A stretch of DNA of 63,844 nucleotides, counting the filler. It is 11 parts of 11 records of this genome, joined end to end, with 100 filler letters (N's around TTAATTAATTAA, not from the genome) between each part and the next. Parts side by side here need not be neighbours in the genome. Positions count along the whole stretch, not along the records: positions 1 to 4,149 come from SRR15195285_1411; positions 4,250 to 9,770 come from SRR15195285_1415; positions 9,871 to 15,197 come from SRR15195285_1423; 8 more parts are not named here. One strand, written 5' to 3'. The notes beneath the pieces are model-generated. The model saw only the letters and a list, made by a program, of their open reading frames with translations. It was not told where the DNA came from and made no database searches. Below are positions 1 through 12,489 of this stretch, in pieces. Every line of letters begins with the position of its first letter. The first letter of the stretch is position 1. The position numbers and the translations under genes were made by a program.

Positions 1-1
1 C

Positions 2-1786
2 CAGCGAGGCAAGCAGGACCGTGCGCGCGTCGAGGAGCTGAAGGAAGCCCAGGCCGCTGCAGAGGCAGAACAGGCTGCTGCCGCGACAAAAATAGCGGCA
101 ATCCAGCGTGGAAAGCAAGATCGAGCGCGTGTCACGGCGCTGCGGAAGGCCAAAGAGGCGGATGATGCGCAGGCAGAGGCAGAAGCCCAGGCCGCGGCAG
201 AAACGCAGGCTGCAGCAACGGCACAGGCTGCGGCTGACGCCGCTGCAGCTGCTGAGGCCGAGGTGGCGGCAGCCGAGGCTGCGGCCGCTAAGGCTGAGGC
301 TGAGGCTGAGGCCGAAGCGGCAGCAGCGGCGGCCACCGCCGAAGCGGCCGCTGCAGAAGCGGCTGCTGCAGAAGCGGCCGCTGCAGTTGCAGCCGAAGCT
401 GCGCGCGCCGAGGAGTCTGAGCGCGCAAAGCCGCCCGCAGTGGCCCCAGGAAATGTCGACTGGACACTGGTCTTTCCTTTAGAGGATAGGCCACCGTCAG
501 TAGTTTCCCTGGCAGAGCTAGCGCCGCTGTCACCAGAGACAGTCGACGCAGCTACTGCTGGTGACTGCTCAAAGCTAACTGACCAGCTCCAGGCGGCCGG
601 CATTCCACTGCACGCGGCGAAAGTCAATGCTGAGGAGCAGGATCGCCTTAAGTACCTGTGGCCTCGGCCTACTCGTGTGGTGACTGCAGTGGATGCGCGT
701 GAGTCTGAGACGGGGCGAACTGCCCTTCACTACGCCGCAATAGGCGGCTCCAAAGAAGCGATAGAGCTATTGGTGCGAGCAGGTGCAGATGTCAACGCTG
801 TGGACGACAACGGCAACACGCCGCTGTGGGCCAATGTCAACAGTCGCAATGGATGGAGCAACAATCCAGCTGGCTTTGTCGGTGGTGGGTCTATCTGCTC
901 AAAGGCACTAGCGGCGGATGCACTGCTCACACTCGGTGCAGACCCGAACAGATGTGGCTGGACAGACAACGAAGATGGCACACGAAAGCAGACCGCACCA
1001 CCGCTTTTCCTGGCGCTCCTGTTCGAGTCCGATAATGACCAACCAGAATTTGAAGAATGGACAGCTGTTGCCTTGCTATTGCGGCATCATGTCGACCTGA
1101 CAGTGACTGACAGCACCGACACCTTGCCGTTGCACTACGCTGAGAAGCTGGCAGAAGGCTCAATCCTCGCACCGTCTGTCAAGCTCATCTCTCAGGCGGA
1201 ACTCAGACAGATGGACCTCACACGGCTCTGCGCCGCAACACAACGCCTCGCGCTTGCGCGCGTGACCGCCGACCTACAGGCGCGTGGCTTGCACACAGGG
1301 CCGGGAGCCTTTTGGTTTGATCAGATTATACGCAGGTTGAAGTACAGGCCTGTGAATGGTGGCACAGACAAGGGCGTGGACTATATAGAGATTGGTGCCG
1401 AGTATCTTGCGTTAGAAAAGCAGCCAGTGACAGAGGAGGCACCGCCACGCTCCAAACGGCTTGGGGAGCTCCCTGAACGTGCCGTGGTGCTCGCGACAGA
1501 CGCCGAGTTCACCAAGATGCGTGTCCGCGTCAAGGTCAGAGTGCTGAGCGTTCCTGACGGCAGCAGCAGCAGAGGAGCCCAACCGGGGACAGAGGGGTGG
1601 ATCGGGATAGGTCTGTACAATCGGCGCGAAGCAAAGCGGCTACTGCTGCTAGCAGACGGTAGTGAGGACGTTGCCGTGAACTATGGCGAGTGGGAGTGTG
1701 GATCAACCTCGAAAACTGCTGTGCGGTGGGCTGCACAGGTAGTAGCGAAAGGCAAGCGTGCAAATCGAAGCGCAACGGCGCGGTGA
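2..1786 (+). CDS. Ankyrin-repeat protein with N-terminal IQ-like and Ala/Glu-rich region (5' partial)
   Basis: The frame is open from base 2 and repeats QRGKQDRARV with an IQ-like AATKIAAIQRG. Ankyrin motifs are GRTALHYAAIGG..LLVRAGADVNAVDDNGNTPL. There is a possible SH3-like C-terminal segment ending EGWIG. Confidence 0.75.
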   Translation, partial: QRGKQDRARVEELKEAQAAAEAEQAAAATKIAAIQRGKQDRARVTALRKAKEADDAQAEAEAQAAAETQAAATAQAAADAAAAAEAEVAAAEAAAAKAEAEAEAEAAAAAATAEAAAAEAAAAEAAAAVAAEAARAEESERAKPPAVAPGNVDWTLVFPLEDRPPSVVSLAELAPLSPETVDAATAGDCSKLTDQLQAAGIPLHAAKVNAEEQDRLKYLWPRPTRVVTAVDARESETGRTALHYAAIGGSKEAIELLVRAGADVNAVDDNGNTPLWANVNSRNGWSNNPAGFVGGGSICSKALAADALLTLGADPNRCGWTDNEDGTRKQTAPPLFLALLFESDNDQPEFEEWTAVALLLRHHVDLTVTDSTDTLPLHYAEKLAEGSILAPSVKLISQAELRQMDLTRLCAATQRLALARVTADLQARGLHTGPGAFWFDQIIRRLKYRPVNGGTDKGVDYIEIGAEYLALEKQPVTEEAPPRSKRLGELPERAVVLATDAEFTKMRVRVKVRVLSVPDGSSSRGAQPGTEGWIGIGLYNRREAKRLLLLADGSEDVAVNYGEWECGSTSKTAVRWAAQVVAKGKRANRSATAR

Positions 1787-1905
1787 TCAATCAACGAGAT
1801 TGACAATTTTGAATTTCACATCCCTCGTTAGCATGCGCTTAGACGCCTCTTTGACGATCTGAGTGAATATCGCACCATCGCAGTGTCGGTGTGATGACAA
1901 GCTCG

Positions 1906-4086
1906 TCACTCGTTACGCTCATTGAGTTCTTGCAGCGGAACTGAGCCCAGTGAGCCATTAACAGTAGCTTCAGTTTTCGACGAGACTGTCGCTGTCGTCT
2001 CGACCGGGACATATCCACAGGACGCTGTCGAGCTGCAACCGGAGTGTGGAATATCGCGCGGGCCGATACCACCACTCTTTTCTGCTAGCGCAGCATACAT
2101 CATGTCAACCCATCCCTCAGGATCATTCGGAGTCCTTGTCGCCATGGTTTGCTCGCCATCATTGTTCTCATTTGCCGAATTGCCGACACAGTTCTCCGTA
2201 GCAGCGCGATCGGCAGCCGCAGCCGCAGCAGCGGCTCGTGCTTTTGCTTGAAAGCTGCGACATACCCTAGTGATTTTCATCGGATTCGCGAACTTGTGGT
2301 TGTGCACCTTGTAATACGCCATCATCTCGCCCATCACCTTGGCACTAATTGGCTGTGCCACTGTTCTGGTCGCCTTTGCCCCACTTGATCTGCCGTTGGC
2401 GACGTTAGCAGAGCTCTTTGACTCGGCATAGTCACGCAGCTCCTTGGCAAAGAGATCACCTAGGCGTTGACTGCGGCGCCACCAACGGGCTTGCGCAAAT
2501 TAGCATAAAGACAACCATTAAATGAGATTGACAGGTTGTGAGGCATCGTACCCTTCCGCAAGCTTCTGCTCGTCACTCACTCCTGCCAGCCCCAGTCGAG
2601 TATCAAAACCAAACTCTCCGCTTGTAGGTGTATGTCGCATGCTCATCCCGTCCAGAGGAATGTGTTCAACGGCGAAAGCGAAGCGCCTGTTGTCCACCGT
2701 CTCCAACCATTTCCGCACGCGTGCGCGTGACCACTTGCAAGGGTCAGTGCGGCCAGCCTTTCGTTCGGCAACGTCAACCTGCTGTAGAAGCTCTTTGGAA
2801 CGGCGCTCCGCCACAGCGAGGAGCTGTGTGCAATAATCCAAAGTTGACTTCGTGTACTGCGTACATGCTGCCAGCGGAGCCACGTGCGCAATGAAGATCG
2901 TGCGCGCCTCTGGTGCTGTGAAGCACTCTTTCAGCAACATGGTGAGCTTCGAGCGGCGGTATGGGATATGTACCGCTACCCCATCGGCGGATGAAGCTGG
3001 CGCGTCGCGCTGTGCGCGGATGCAATCTTTGAGGCTTGACAGGGACGAGTTGATGTCCCGCATCTCCGCAATGCGCTCCATGCTATGCGCGGAGGCGCTC
3101 TCGTGGCGCTCGCTGCCAGCCAAGTCCACCACGCGCAGCAGTCCTCCGGTGCTGCCGTCTGCACCCTCAACGCGCAGCGAAAGAATCGCGTGCGAACGAC
3201 TAGAATGCGGGTGTGTTTGGGTTGGCGCGGACGCACGCAAAATATTCGCGGCAGCCAACGCTTTGCGCAGCCCCTCCAGCGTGCTGACCGTGAACTCTGT
3301 GAGCCCCGCTACGTGGACCGCCCCGTTGGCATCCTCGCGCAGCGAGACTTTCGCACGCTCATTCTGCAGGTCATAACAGCACTCGCCCTGGTTCTCGAGG
3401 AAGCCCAGCTGAATCGAGCGCCCGGCGGCGGCGGCAAACATGTCAAGTGCTAGACGATCCTGGAGACCTGTCATTGTGAACGTCTTCCCGGCGCCCGTCT
3501 GGCCATAAGCGATGCAAGTCGCGGTGCCTCCCTGGAGAACGAATGGAACCAGGTCGCGCACCGCTGTTTCATACACCGCATCAGTGTCGTCGTTGCCGTC
3601 AAAGGCGTGATCGAATGGACCGTAGCACCTGGTGAGTAAGCCGCCAGCCTCCGAATGCCGCTTCAGCGTCATGACGTCGTTGCCGTCTTGCCACTCATGA
3701 AAGAACGCGCCCGGGCTCGATATCGAGACAGCATCGAAACATTTCACGCAACGGTCGTCGGCCGTGCCCAGCTCCGCCGCCTCTTCGTCCACAAGCGGGC
3801 GCTTGCGCAGACATACACGCATTGGCCGTGCCGACGAACTATCGCCCGGCTCGGGGCTACGTGCCCAGGCCTCTCGGCTCCCCGCCGTCCAATGACCAGC
3901 CTCCTCACCCTTTCGGACCACTCGTTCCGCATCATCGCCCGCCCATCCCCGCGGTGGCAAGCACTCCTGGCGCCAGCACTCCACCGCCGTCACCGCAAGC
4001 GTGGCCGCGCTGGTGGCTGCCTCCACGAGCCCGTCGCGATCCAGGGCCAGCTCCATGATCAGGGCGCCCGGCGTCGCTCCCAGCAC
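1906..4086 (-). CDS. Kinesin motor protein, kinesin-13-like, with SAM-like C-terminal segment; predicted intron 2471-2551
   Basis: Motifs VCLRKRPL, P-loop AYGQTGAGKT, SSRSH, DLAGSER and IPYRRSKLT. A GT..AG intron with a CTAAT branch site joins ORF 2518-4086 in frame to ORF 1906-2361 (KLAEG/QRLGDLFAK). The start codon is uncertain. Confidence 0.85.
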
Positions 4087-4149
4087 CGCGCGCGCGCGTC
4101 TATGAAAATCAATTCATATTTGTACAATAAAGCGCCGGGATGTATTAAA

Positions 4150-4249
4150 NNNNNNNNNNNNNNNNNNNNNNNNNNNNNNNNNNNNNNNNNNNNTTAATTA
4201 ATTAANNNNNNNNNNNNNNNNNNNNNNNNNNNNNNNNNNNNNNNNNNNN
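4150..4249. other. Artificial contig-joining spacer
   Basis: 100 nt of N-run/TTAATTAATTAA/N-run with stops in all frames. The same structure recurs at 9771-9870, 15198-15297, 19966-20065, 32351-32450, 35546-35645, 43639-43738, 52247-52346, 55527-55626 and 60611-60710. Confidence 0.98.
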
Positions 4250-5117
4250 GGGGGGGGGTCAGGGACTGCTAGGGGGAGGGGTTCAGCTGGCCGCCGTTCG
4301 CTGCGTACGCGGCTCGCTCGGAACCTAGCTGTTTTTCCCCACTCCTTGGCCGCTCCTTGGCCCAGCGTCAGCTTCGGCATCCGGCTAGGCGATCTACTAC
4401 ATCTTTCGTGGGCATGGCGTCTGCGAGCGAGGACGCGCGCGACCTGCACATGGGCCCGCGCAATCACTCCACAGCGGCGGAGGCGGACCTAATCGTTGGC
4501 GTGAACGTTTCGGTCTTGTAGGGCCGAATTCCTCGGTTTCTTGGGATCTACATCCACGCCCAACGACTATGCGCCATATCCTGTCGACTCCACTGTGGTG
4601 CCCTCCCACGTCCTCAGTCCGAGTCGCCGGTTCCGTGTTGGATTTGTCTATGGTTCTGCATGGTGACTTCACTATCTTACTCCGCGTTTTGGAGTTTCGG
4701 AGTGGCTGGCAAGATTCCGAGACATCTATCCGTGCATTGGGTTCTAAGATGCTCATGCGGCCCAAGTATTACTGAGCTGGGTTCGGGGCGGTTCGGGGCA
4801 AAGATCAACAGCGCGGCGAAACGGTGACATAGGGCATAAGGCCTCATGTCACCTTGTATGGAGCGCTAGCTAACATTCGCACGAACGCTCACGGCATGGG
4901 CGGATGCGGGATGCCGATGTGGTCAACTAATGACACAGGTACGGCCGAAGAACGGATAAGCATGTCGATGTTCTTTCTTTTGTCAACACGCCACGTTCGG
5001 CTCTCACACTATCTTCCACAGCGAGCGCACAGCCATCGCACATGGCAATATGCACCCACGACCACTTTAACTTGCATTGCTATTACAGAATCCACCCGGC
5101 CACGAAAATCGTTGGAA

Positions 5118-8100
5118 TCAGCCGATAAGCTGGGAGACCGAGGGCAGAAGCTGTCGGACCTGAGCCGGGCTGGCAGGGGCATCGAGCTGCACCCAGCCTT
5201 CCATCTTGGCATCAGCGCGGCTCGCATAGATTGCTTGCTTCAAGGCGAAAAAGACCGCTGCTGCCATTAGGATTGGCGGCTCGCCAATCGCTTTGGACCC
5301 GTGGAAGCCGGTGGGATTGTTCACGTTGGCAAGGAATGACGTTGACCAGCTGATGGGAATATCCATGCACTGTGGTGGCTTGTACTCCCAGGTGTCATAG
5401 GTAAGCAGCTCGCCGGTGGTTGTGTCGTACTCGAGTCCCTCTGTCAGGAAGTGACCGACCCCAATCATGAAAGCGCCTTCTGCTTGGCCAAGGTCAATCT
5501 CAGGAGAGAGGCTCTTGCCGCAGTCGTAGAGTAGCTCGGCCGAAATGATCTGGTTCTCGCCTGTCAGCACGTCAACCTCGACCACAGAGACAGACGCGGC
5601 ATAGCCATTGCCACTGACGGCCATGCCATGATCCCATGATTTGGCGCTCATGTCTACCCCTGCGGCCATCGCAGCCTTAACCTTGTCCTGCCACGTCAGT
5701 GCCTTGGCTTGGCTTTGTTCGAGTAGAGTGACCGTTGGCGCCATCGCCTTGAGCAGTGACTGGCATGCCAGCTGAATGCCGTACGCATTGGCACCTGAGG
5801 TCATCGACCCACCTGTCCCACCGCCGTTGGGATTGATAGATGTGTCAACGGACTGCACTTCGATGAGCGAGGTGTCTGGCAGTCCAAGTGTCATTGCTGC
5901 CACCTGTGCACACTTGGTGAACAGGCCCTGTCCTACCTCCACACCAGTGACGAAAACCAACAGGGTGCCGTCTGGGTAGACGTCAATCTTCGCGCCGTGC
6001 TGCGTAGTGCCTCCCCAGCCACAGTTGTATTCGGTCGGAACCGCTGCCACTCCTCGTTTTTTCCATAGGTTGGCCTTGTTGAACTCGGCGCAATCCTTTC
6101 GTAGCTGTACAATATTACTGGACGCCATGACCGCCTGGAACATCGCGGGGAGCTCCTCAGGCACTGCAGGGCCAGCACCCAGAGCAGTCGCCAGAGTTTG
6201 GTGTGCTGTCGGCGTCATCGGGCGAGCCAGGGTGTCTTGAGCTGAGAGCTGTGGCATTGGCGACATTCCTAAAGCGACGTAGTTGGCCTCGTCATTGTAA
6301 GGTCCTTTCGTTATGTTCAGCGCGCGAATGGCCTCCGCTGGCTTGCCGACCAGAGTTGCGACGTGGTCGATGATCGTCTCGATAAACAGTTCTTCACCCA
6401 GATGAGTTGGAGCGCGCATGGCCGTGTTCTTCGGGGTGTTGGTGTTGCACTGCACACCTTTGACGTCCCAGTTCGCAATGCCGTAGGCCATGGCAAAATC
6501 TGTCGGTGGGCCGGAATTATCACCGTAGCTGGTGCCTGAGACCGCAGTGATTTTTCCATCGCTGTCGCAGCACACCTTGTAGCTGAGTTTGAAAGGGCAC
6601 CGCTTCCCCAACGTGTTCATGTTGTCTCGGATGCCGAGCTGCATTCTGCACTCACGGCGGTGCTTGTGTGCAGCAAAACTTACAGCCACAGCGCCAGGGA
6701 CAGAATTGTCCAGCTTGCCACCGAAGGCGCCACCACAGCGCTTCGTTTCGATTATGACCTTATTCTGCGACACGCCAATCGCACCTGCGACGGCGGTTTG
6801 GATACTCGAAGGAATCTGGGTGGCACAGTGGAGGCGCAGGCCATCGCTTTCCATCGGCACCGCCACGACAGTCTGCGTTTCCACTGTAGACAGGCAACAG
6901 ACAGGCGGCCAGGCGGACGATCAGGCAGACGCTTAGACGGACTGACAGACAACAAGGGACAGTCAGATAGACAACCAGAGAACGTACTATGGAAATGATA
7001 TTGGCCAGAGGAGTAGACAACGCCTTCGCCGCAGTGGGCCGCAGCCTTCTCAGCAGCTGCACAATCGCCACGGGCAGTCTGGATTGGCTCCTCGTTGTAG
7101 GGTGGTTTATGCGACCGTTTCGTTGACGTGATGTACGACCCACCCGCCGCAACAGCATCATCAATCGTCACCACCGGCTTCTTTACATTCGTGTAGGTTG
7201 CCTTGACGCCGTATTTGGCAGCGTACTCTGCATGCTCGCGAGAGTCTGCGAGGATGATGCCTAGCGGCTGTCCGAAGTAGTGAACGCCTGCAGGGGCGGC
7301 ATCAACACCAATCGTGTCGCTGTGCTCGACAGTGTTGGCTGGGTCTGGTTCTTGATCAGCGAAGATCTTGCGCCCACCAAGCACAGTCTTGAGCGGAGTG
7401 ATGACAGGCTGTGTGAAGTTGCGGTCCGGGCCAAGGTCAGCGGCTGAAATGAAGTCGACCACACCCGGCATCTTAAGGGCTTCCGTCGCGTCAATTGCGC
7501 CGATCGATGCGCAGCTGACGGTGGACGGCACATAGGAGGCGTACAAGGCATTGACCCCAGGAACGTTGTCGTCGGAATAAATCGCTTCACCGGCTGCCTG
7601 CCGATGGCTGGCAAGCTTGGGGATGGCATCGCACACACCTGGTGTGTACGACTCAGTCGAGGTCGAAGCTGGGCGAGCAGTGGGAACGCCAGCGCTCTTC
7701 TGATTGGCGGGAAGCGGCATGTTGTGCAGAGACATGATTTCCACCCAGTACTTGTAGAAGAGCGATGAGATTAGTGACTTGCGGTAGGGGACGTCTTTGC
7801 CAGTGATGTCCGCAAACTCAGCTTCCAAGCTGCTCAGCGCAAGTTTGAGTGTCGCCTGGGTGGCGAGGTTCTTTCCGACGAGCATCGCCTCCGTCTTGGT
7901 AGCCCTGGTTGGGTATGGCTTGAGGCCGCCCCACACCAGCACAGGCGCGGCAGTGACGACAAGGCGTGCCTCACCATCCTCGCTGTCAGCAGTAGCCATC
8001 GAGACCGAAGTGGACGGAAAGTCAAAGCCTGCGTTGACAACTGCATGGGCGTTCTGGTGCCGGCGCATAACTTTGTAAGTTCGCAGTAGGCCAGTGGAAG

Positions 8101-9406
8101 AAGCCGGGATCGTTAGCGAAACGATCATCGTAACGCCAGCCGGCGCCATGGCGTAAAACTCTGTGAGAGTGCACTTGGTCAGCACTCCCTTGGCATCAGC
8201 GAGTTGAATGGTAGCACCAGCCGCGGTCATAATGGTAGCAATGTCGCTCTGGAAGGTCGGATGGGCGTGACACAGGGCGAGATTGCCCGCCCAGCTACCC
8301 ACGTTTCGGACCTGGTTGTTTGCGACCTTGCCCAGGTGCTTCGCTAGAACTTCATGGGTGGTGATGCCACCCGCCTCAGAAGTGGTCGCGCTAGACAGCA
8401 TGTCAATGAGCGTGTTGATTGAGGTGGTAGCGCCAACGGTAATGGCGCCGCCGTTCCCACCAGAGGTAACCGAAAGCTCCGGGACCTTGGCTGCGTTCAA
8501 GAACAGTGTGGCTCCGTCATCCGGGTAGACGCCGTGTCCAGTGTTGCCCGCGACGATACGGTACGGGGTCTTAGAAGCCTTGGCCGCCGACACAGCCGCG
8601 CACATGTCCGCGAGCGACAACGGCTCAGACCACTGCGTGCCGCCAGTGCCAGCGAAGTGCTTTGGGACCTTCGGGGCGGCCGCCTCGGACGCACAGGCAC
8701 CCGGGCAGGCCGGACGCCAGCCCTCAGCCAGTAGCTTCTTGAATGAGGCCAGGATCGGACGATAGCCTGTGCAGCGACAGATGTTGCCGTCGATGTGGTT
8801 CTCGAGCTCGAGTGGCGTCAGGTCCTTTTTAGTGGCTAGCAGGGAATGCATGTTCATGACCATGCCAGGCGTGCAAAACCCACACTGCGAGCCATTGCCC
8901 TCGGCGATCGCGGCCTGCACCTTGGAGTAGCCGTCCCGTGCGTTGCCTGTGCCTTCAGTGGTGGTGATGGTGTGGCCGTCGCACGCCACGAGCGGGCGAA
9001 GGCACGCGTTGATCGCCAGGCCTTCCATCATCACGGTGCACGCACCGCACCCGCCCTGGCGGCACGAGCCTTTGGTACCGGTGAGCCCGCTGACCCCGCG
9101 CAGGTAGTCGAGGAGCGTGAGGCGGGGGTCCGGGTTGTTCACGGTGAGCGCCTCGCCGTTCAGGGTGAAGGAGCAGCTGCTGATCGGCGCGGCACCCTTC
9201 GCTGGCGTCGCATCGTCACCGCCGGCGTTCGCGTCGCCGCCGTGCACCAAAATCTCTTCGCAGCCGGCGGAGAGCACGGCCACGAGGTCGGCATCGCACT
9301 CAATCGCCGTAAGGCGGCGGTGCCCCTCCCGCACCGTCACCCATTCTCCATCATCCGGACCCGTCACGGAGTCCACTGCCGCGAAGCACAGACCCTGCTC
9401 CAGCTC
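5118..9406 (-). CDS. Molybdo-flavoenzyme of the xanthine dehydrogenase/aldehyde oxidase family; intron 6884-6987; 5' exon(s) unresolved
   Basis: 2Fe-2S motifs GTKGSCRQGGCGACTV, QCGFCTPG and GNICRCTGYRPI; FAD motifs VAGNT and QVRNVGSWAGN; Moco motifs GGAFGGK, GQAEGAF and SKAIGEPP. Splicing restores GQYHFH/METQ. Confidence 0.93.
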
Positions 9407-9490
9407 CTACAGGTGAGCCCCCACGCACCCGCACACAAAATGCAAAAGCGTGCTGGGTTAGATGCCAAATTCAAAGAAAGGCGTCCAAAT

Positions 9491-9549
9491 AGCGACACAG
9501 ACGGACAGAGCGACACAGACGGACAGAGCGACACAGACTGACAGAGCGA
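9491..9549. repeat. 18-bp tandem repeat, about 3 copies (AGCGACACAGACGGACAG)
   Basis: Units start at 9491, 9509 and 9527. Confidence 0.9.
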
Positions 9550-9663
9550 GGGACCCCAAGCAACCATTCAAGAGGTCACCCAGCCAATGGATTGCCTGGG
9601 TGAATTGCATGAACGCCACGTGGTCATTTGCGCTGACAACCCGCTCCGCTCCGGTAGGGTGGC

Positions 9664-9770
9664 GGGAGGACATATATATACAGAGGTCGGCTGGGGGAGG
9701 ACACACATATACAGAGGTCGGCTGGGGGAGGACATATGTGTACAGAGGTCGGCTGGGGGAGGACGTATAT
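9664..9770. repeat. 31-bp minisatellite (ACAGAGGTCGGCTGGGGGAGGAC...), running into the contig end
   Basis: Units start at 9680, 9711 and 9742, with a partial unit before them. Confidence 0.9.
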
Positions 9771-10026
9771 NNNNNNNNNNNNNNNNNNNNNNNNNNNNNN
9801 NNNNNNNNNNNNNNTTAATTAATTAANNNNNNNNNNNNNNNNNNNNNNNNNNNNNNNNNNNNNNNNNNNNCTGTCGAATCCATTCCGTCTGATCCAATAC
9901 GGCGCCAGACACTCTTTTTTTGACTCTGCTGTGGCGTGAATCCTGAGCCAGGCGGCCTGTGAGGGGTCGCCGCGTTTTGAGCCCTCCATACAATTGAGTG
10001 GCGTTTTCAGCTGGAAGGTCGTCCCG

Positions 10027-12369
10027 ATGATGAGGGGCACGCGCTCCAGCCCGCTCTGGCCGCTCAATGCGGAGACCAAATGGGTGCCGGCGAACGAGCT
10101 GCCGGAGTGGTCGCCGCCGGAGACAGTGGACCCGTGCGTGTTCACTGTTCCGTTTGCAGCCAGCGTCTTGGCGATGCCGTCCGTCGCGCAGTCGCTCCAA
10201 AACGATGCAGAGGCGTTCCTGCCTGCGTATCGCCCAGGCTGTCTGTCTCATGCAGTGTGATTTGGTGCCGCAGAGAGTCTGATGCGACGGAGCAACTGGA
10301 GTCGCCACCCACGTCCCCGGTGAACTCTCCGCCGGCGCTGCGCCAGCGCCGTTTGCGACGGGACACCACACCCGCCGAGCGCCCCGCTGAGCGACCGGCG
10401 ACTTCGCCCGACGTGCTAGCAAACACCGAGTACCCACGCGAGTCAAGCGAGGTATCAGGGATCAGCAGCATCCGGAGACGCTTGTTCGCCGCCATGCCGC
10501 AGTCGGAGGCAAAACAACGATGGAAAAGTGGCAACGACTGCACTGCGGAGCCACAGCTGGTGCGGCGACGTCGGCAGGCAGTGGCCCGGAAGCGCCGCCT
10601 GAAGCGATGCATCAAGAGCACCGCGGAAATAGTCGTGGATGCAGCAGCAGCTGGTGACGTCGCGGCCTTGCAGCACTGGATGAGAATTGACGATAGCTAT
10701 GGCAATTGCGAAGCAGTGCTACCACACGCAAACAATCCAACGTCGCCACTGGTGCAAGCTTCCAAGAACGGGCACGTTGACTGCTGCCAGCTCCTGCTGC
10801 GACACGGCGCGCGGGTTGATGATGTGGCAGCAGCCGCGCCAGGGTGGTCTGCACTGATGGAGGCGGCTGCCGTGGGCCGCGTAAACACTGTGAATGCGCT
10901 GTGTGGCTTTGGCGCAAATCCACTTCTGAGTTCTACGAAGACTGGCTCCACCGCTCTTTCCCTGGCGGCGGTGCAAGGTCATGCTGGTGCCGTGGCTGGA
11001 CTGCTCGCACTTGGAGGCTTGCTACCGCGCGCTGTGGCGCAAGCTGCGTCATCCCTCGGCGAAGTAGCGGCAGCTCTGAATGCGCTCCTGCCCATGCGCC
11101 AGGTCATGGCGCAGAAGGACCGCGACCTGTGGGTAGTAGGCAGGCAATGCGATAGTATGAAGCAGGCAAGTAAGAGATCGGAACAGGCCTGTACAAAGCG
11201 AGTAGCCAACAGAGAATCCCGGGTTGAGTCCGCGATGTTAGCGCGCGCTGGCTTCGTGTGGCAAAAATCTGGGCCCAACATCCGGCTGCGACGGGATTTC
11301 TTCGCGTGGCGAGCTCACGCAGCGGTGCATGCTGCTGAGAAAGCACACCTACGAGACGTCGAGGCGCGGAGGCGCCATGATCGTGCTTACGCCGTGCAGG
11401 AATTTGCCCTGATGGCAGCAGCCGCGGCCCGCCAGGACATGGACGAGACAGTCGAACGATTGCAGAGATCAGTTGAGACGGCAATTCGGCGCTTGAAGTT
11501 AGCAAAGTCTCGAGCTGGGCTGGTTGGCATGATGGTTGCACATGCAGACGTTAACGGTCTAACACCAGTCTGCCACGGTAAGGAACCGCATAAATACCAC
11601 AGTCGATATTGCCAGTGTTGAAAATTTCCAAATGCGGATGACGTGGATTTGCTCGCCGATGCAGCGGCCATCTCTCGAGATCCAGCGACAATTGCAGTGA
11701 TGGCAGCCTGTGGAGCTGGAACTCCAGGCAACCAAAATTTGCCTCGAGCGCTCGCCACTGCGTACTCGCATAAGTCGTTTGCTGCGTATCGCTGCCTGAT
11801 GGCTGCACAGCAGGATGCGCAACGGCTTGACAGCCCGCAGCGGTACGACCACCACCTGTGCCACGGGCTGTTGTCATAGTGTTTAGTTTGCACTCGATGA
11901 GTATCACACGATGGCGTTGGACTACGTCACGCGCAGAGCTTTCGACCTGGATGTGCTAGTGCATCTGCGTGATGAGACGTACGAGCTGCAGATCAAGGAT
12001 GGCGCTTCTCAGCCTTTGAAAGAAGAAAGTGGCGACGCCAGCCAGGTGAACGGGCTGGAGGAGTCGGGGGAGTCGGAGGAGTCTGCTTCAAGGGCGAATG
12101 AAGGTGAGCGTGACTGTGGTATGTGGTGGGCAAGCTGGTTGACACAAGCTCACAATTTTCACCAGGTCACGCAGCGATGTGACGCGGCCACTGGAGCCAT
12201 CGAGCTAGTGGCCACTGCCGCGCACGCGGCAGCAGGAGAGTGGAAATCAGGCCCGGAACAACGTGGGCGAAACGCGGCGTTGCGACAGCAGAGCCGTCGT
12301 TTGCATCGCGAGCTAGTCATGCGCTCCATGGCGAACGAAAGAGTCGCAGTGGACAACAACGCGTTGTGA
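10027..12369 (+). CDS. Ankyrin-repeat protein with coiled-coil C-terminus (multi-exon, boundaries approximate)
   Basis: Ankyrin repeats SPLVQASKNGHVDCCQLLLRHGA, GWSALMEAAAVG and GSTALSLAAVQGH lie in ORF 10080-11621. Flanking ORFs are joinable through GT-AG sites. Confidence 0.65.
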
Positions 12370-12489
12370 GCTTAACTGCCTGGCGCGGATGTGCTGCTGC
12401 TGACGCATCACAGTAGAGTTTCACTACGCCTCGACTGCAACAGCAAGCTGAGCCACACCAACAGGTAATCATTGACGAGGATTTGGTAT

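Noticed and set aside
9664-9770. Possible CRISPR array
   Set aside because: Units are 31-bp head-to-tail with only ~8 nt of similar variable sequence, no unique spacers and no cas genes, in a eukaryotic context. It is a minisatellite.
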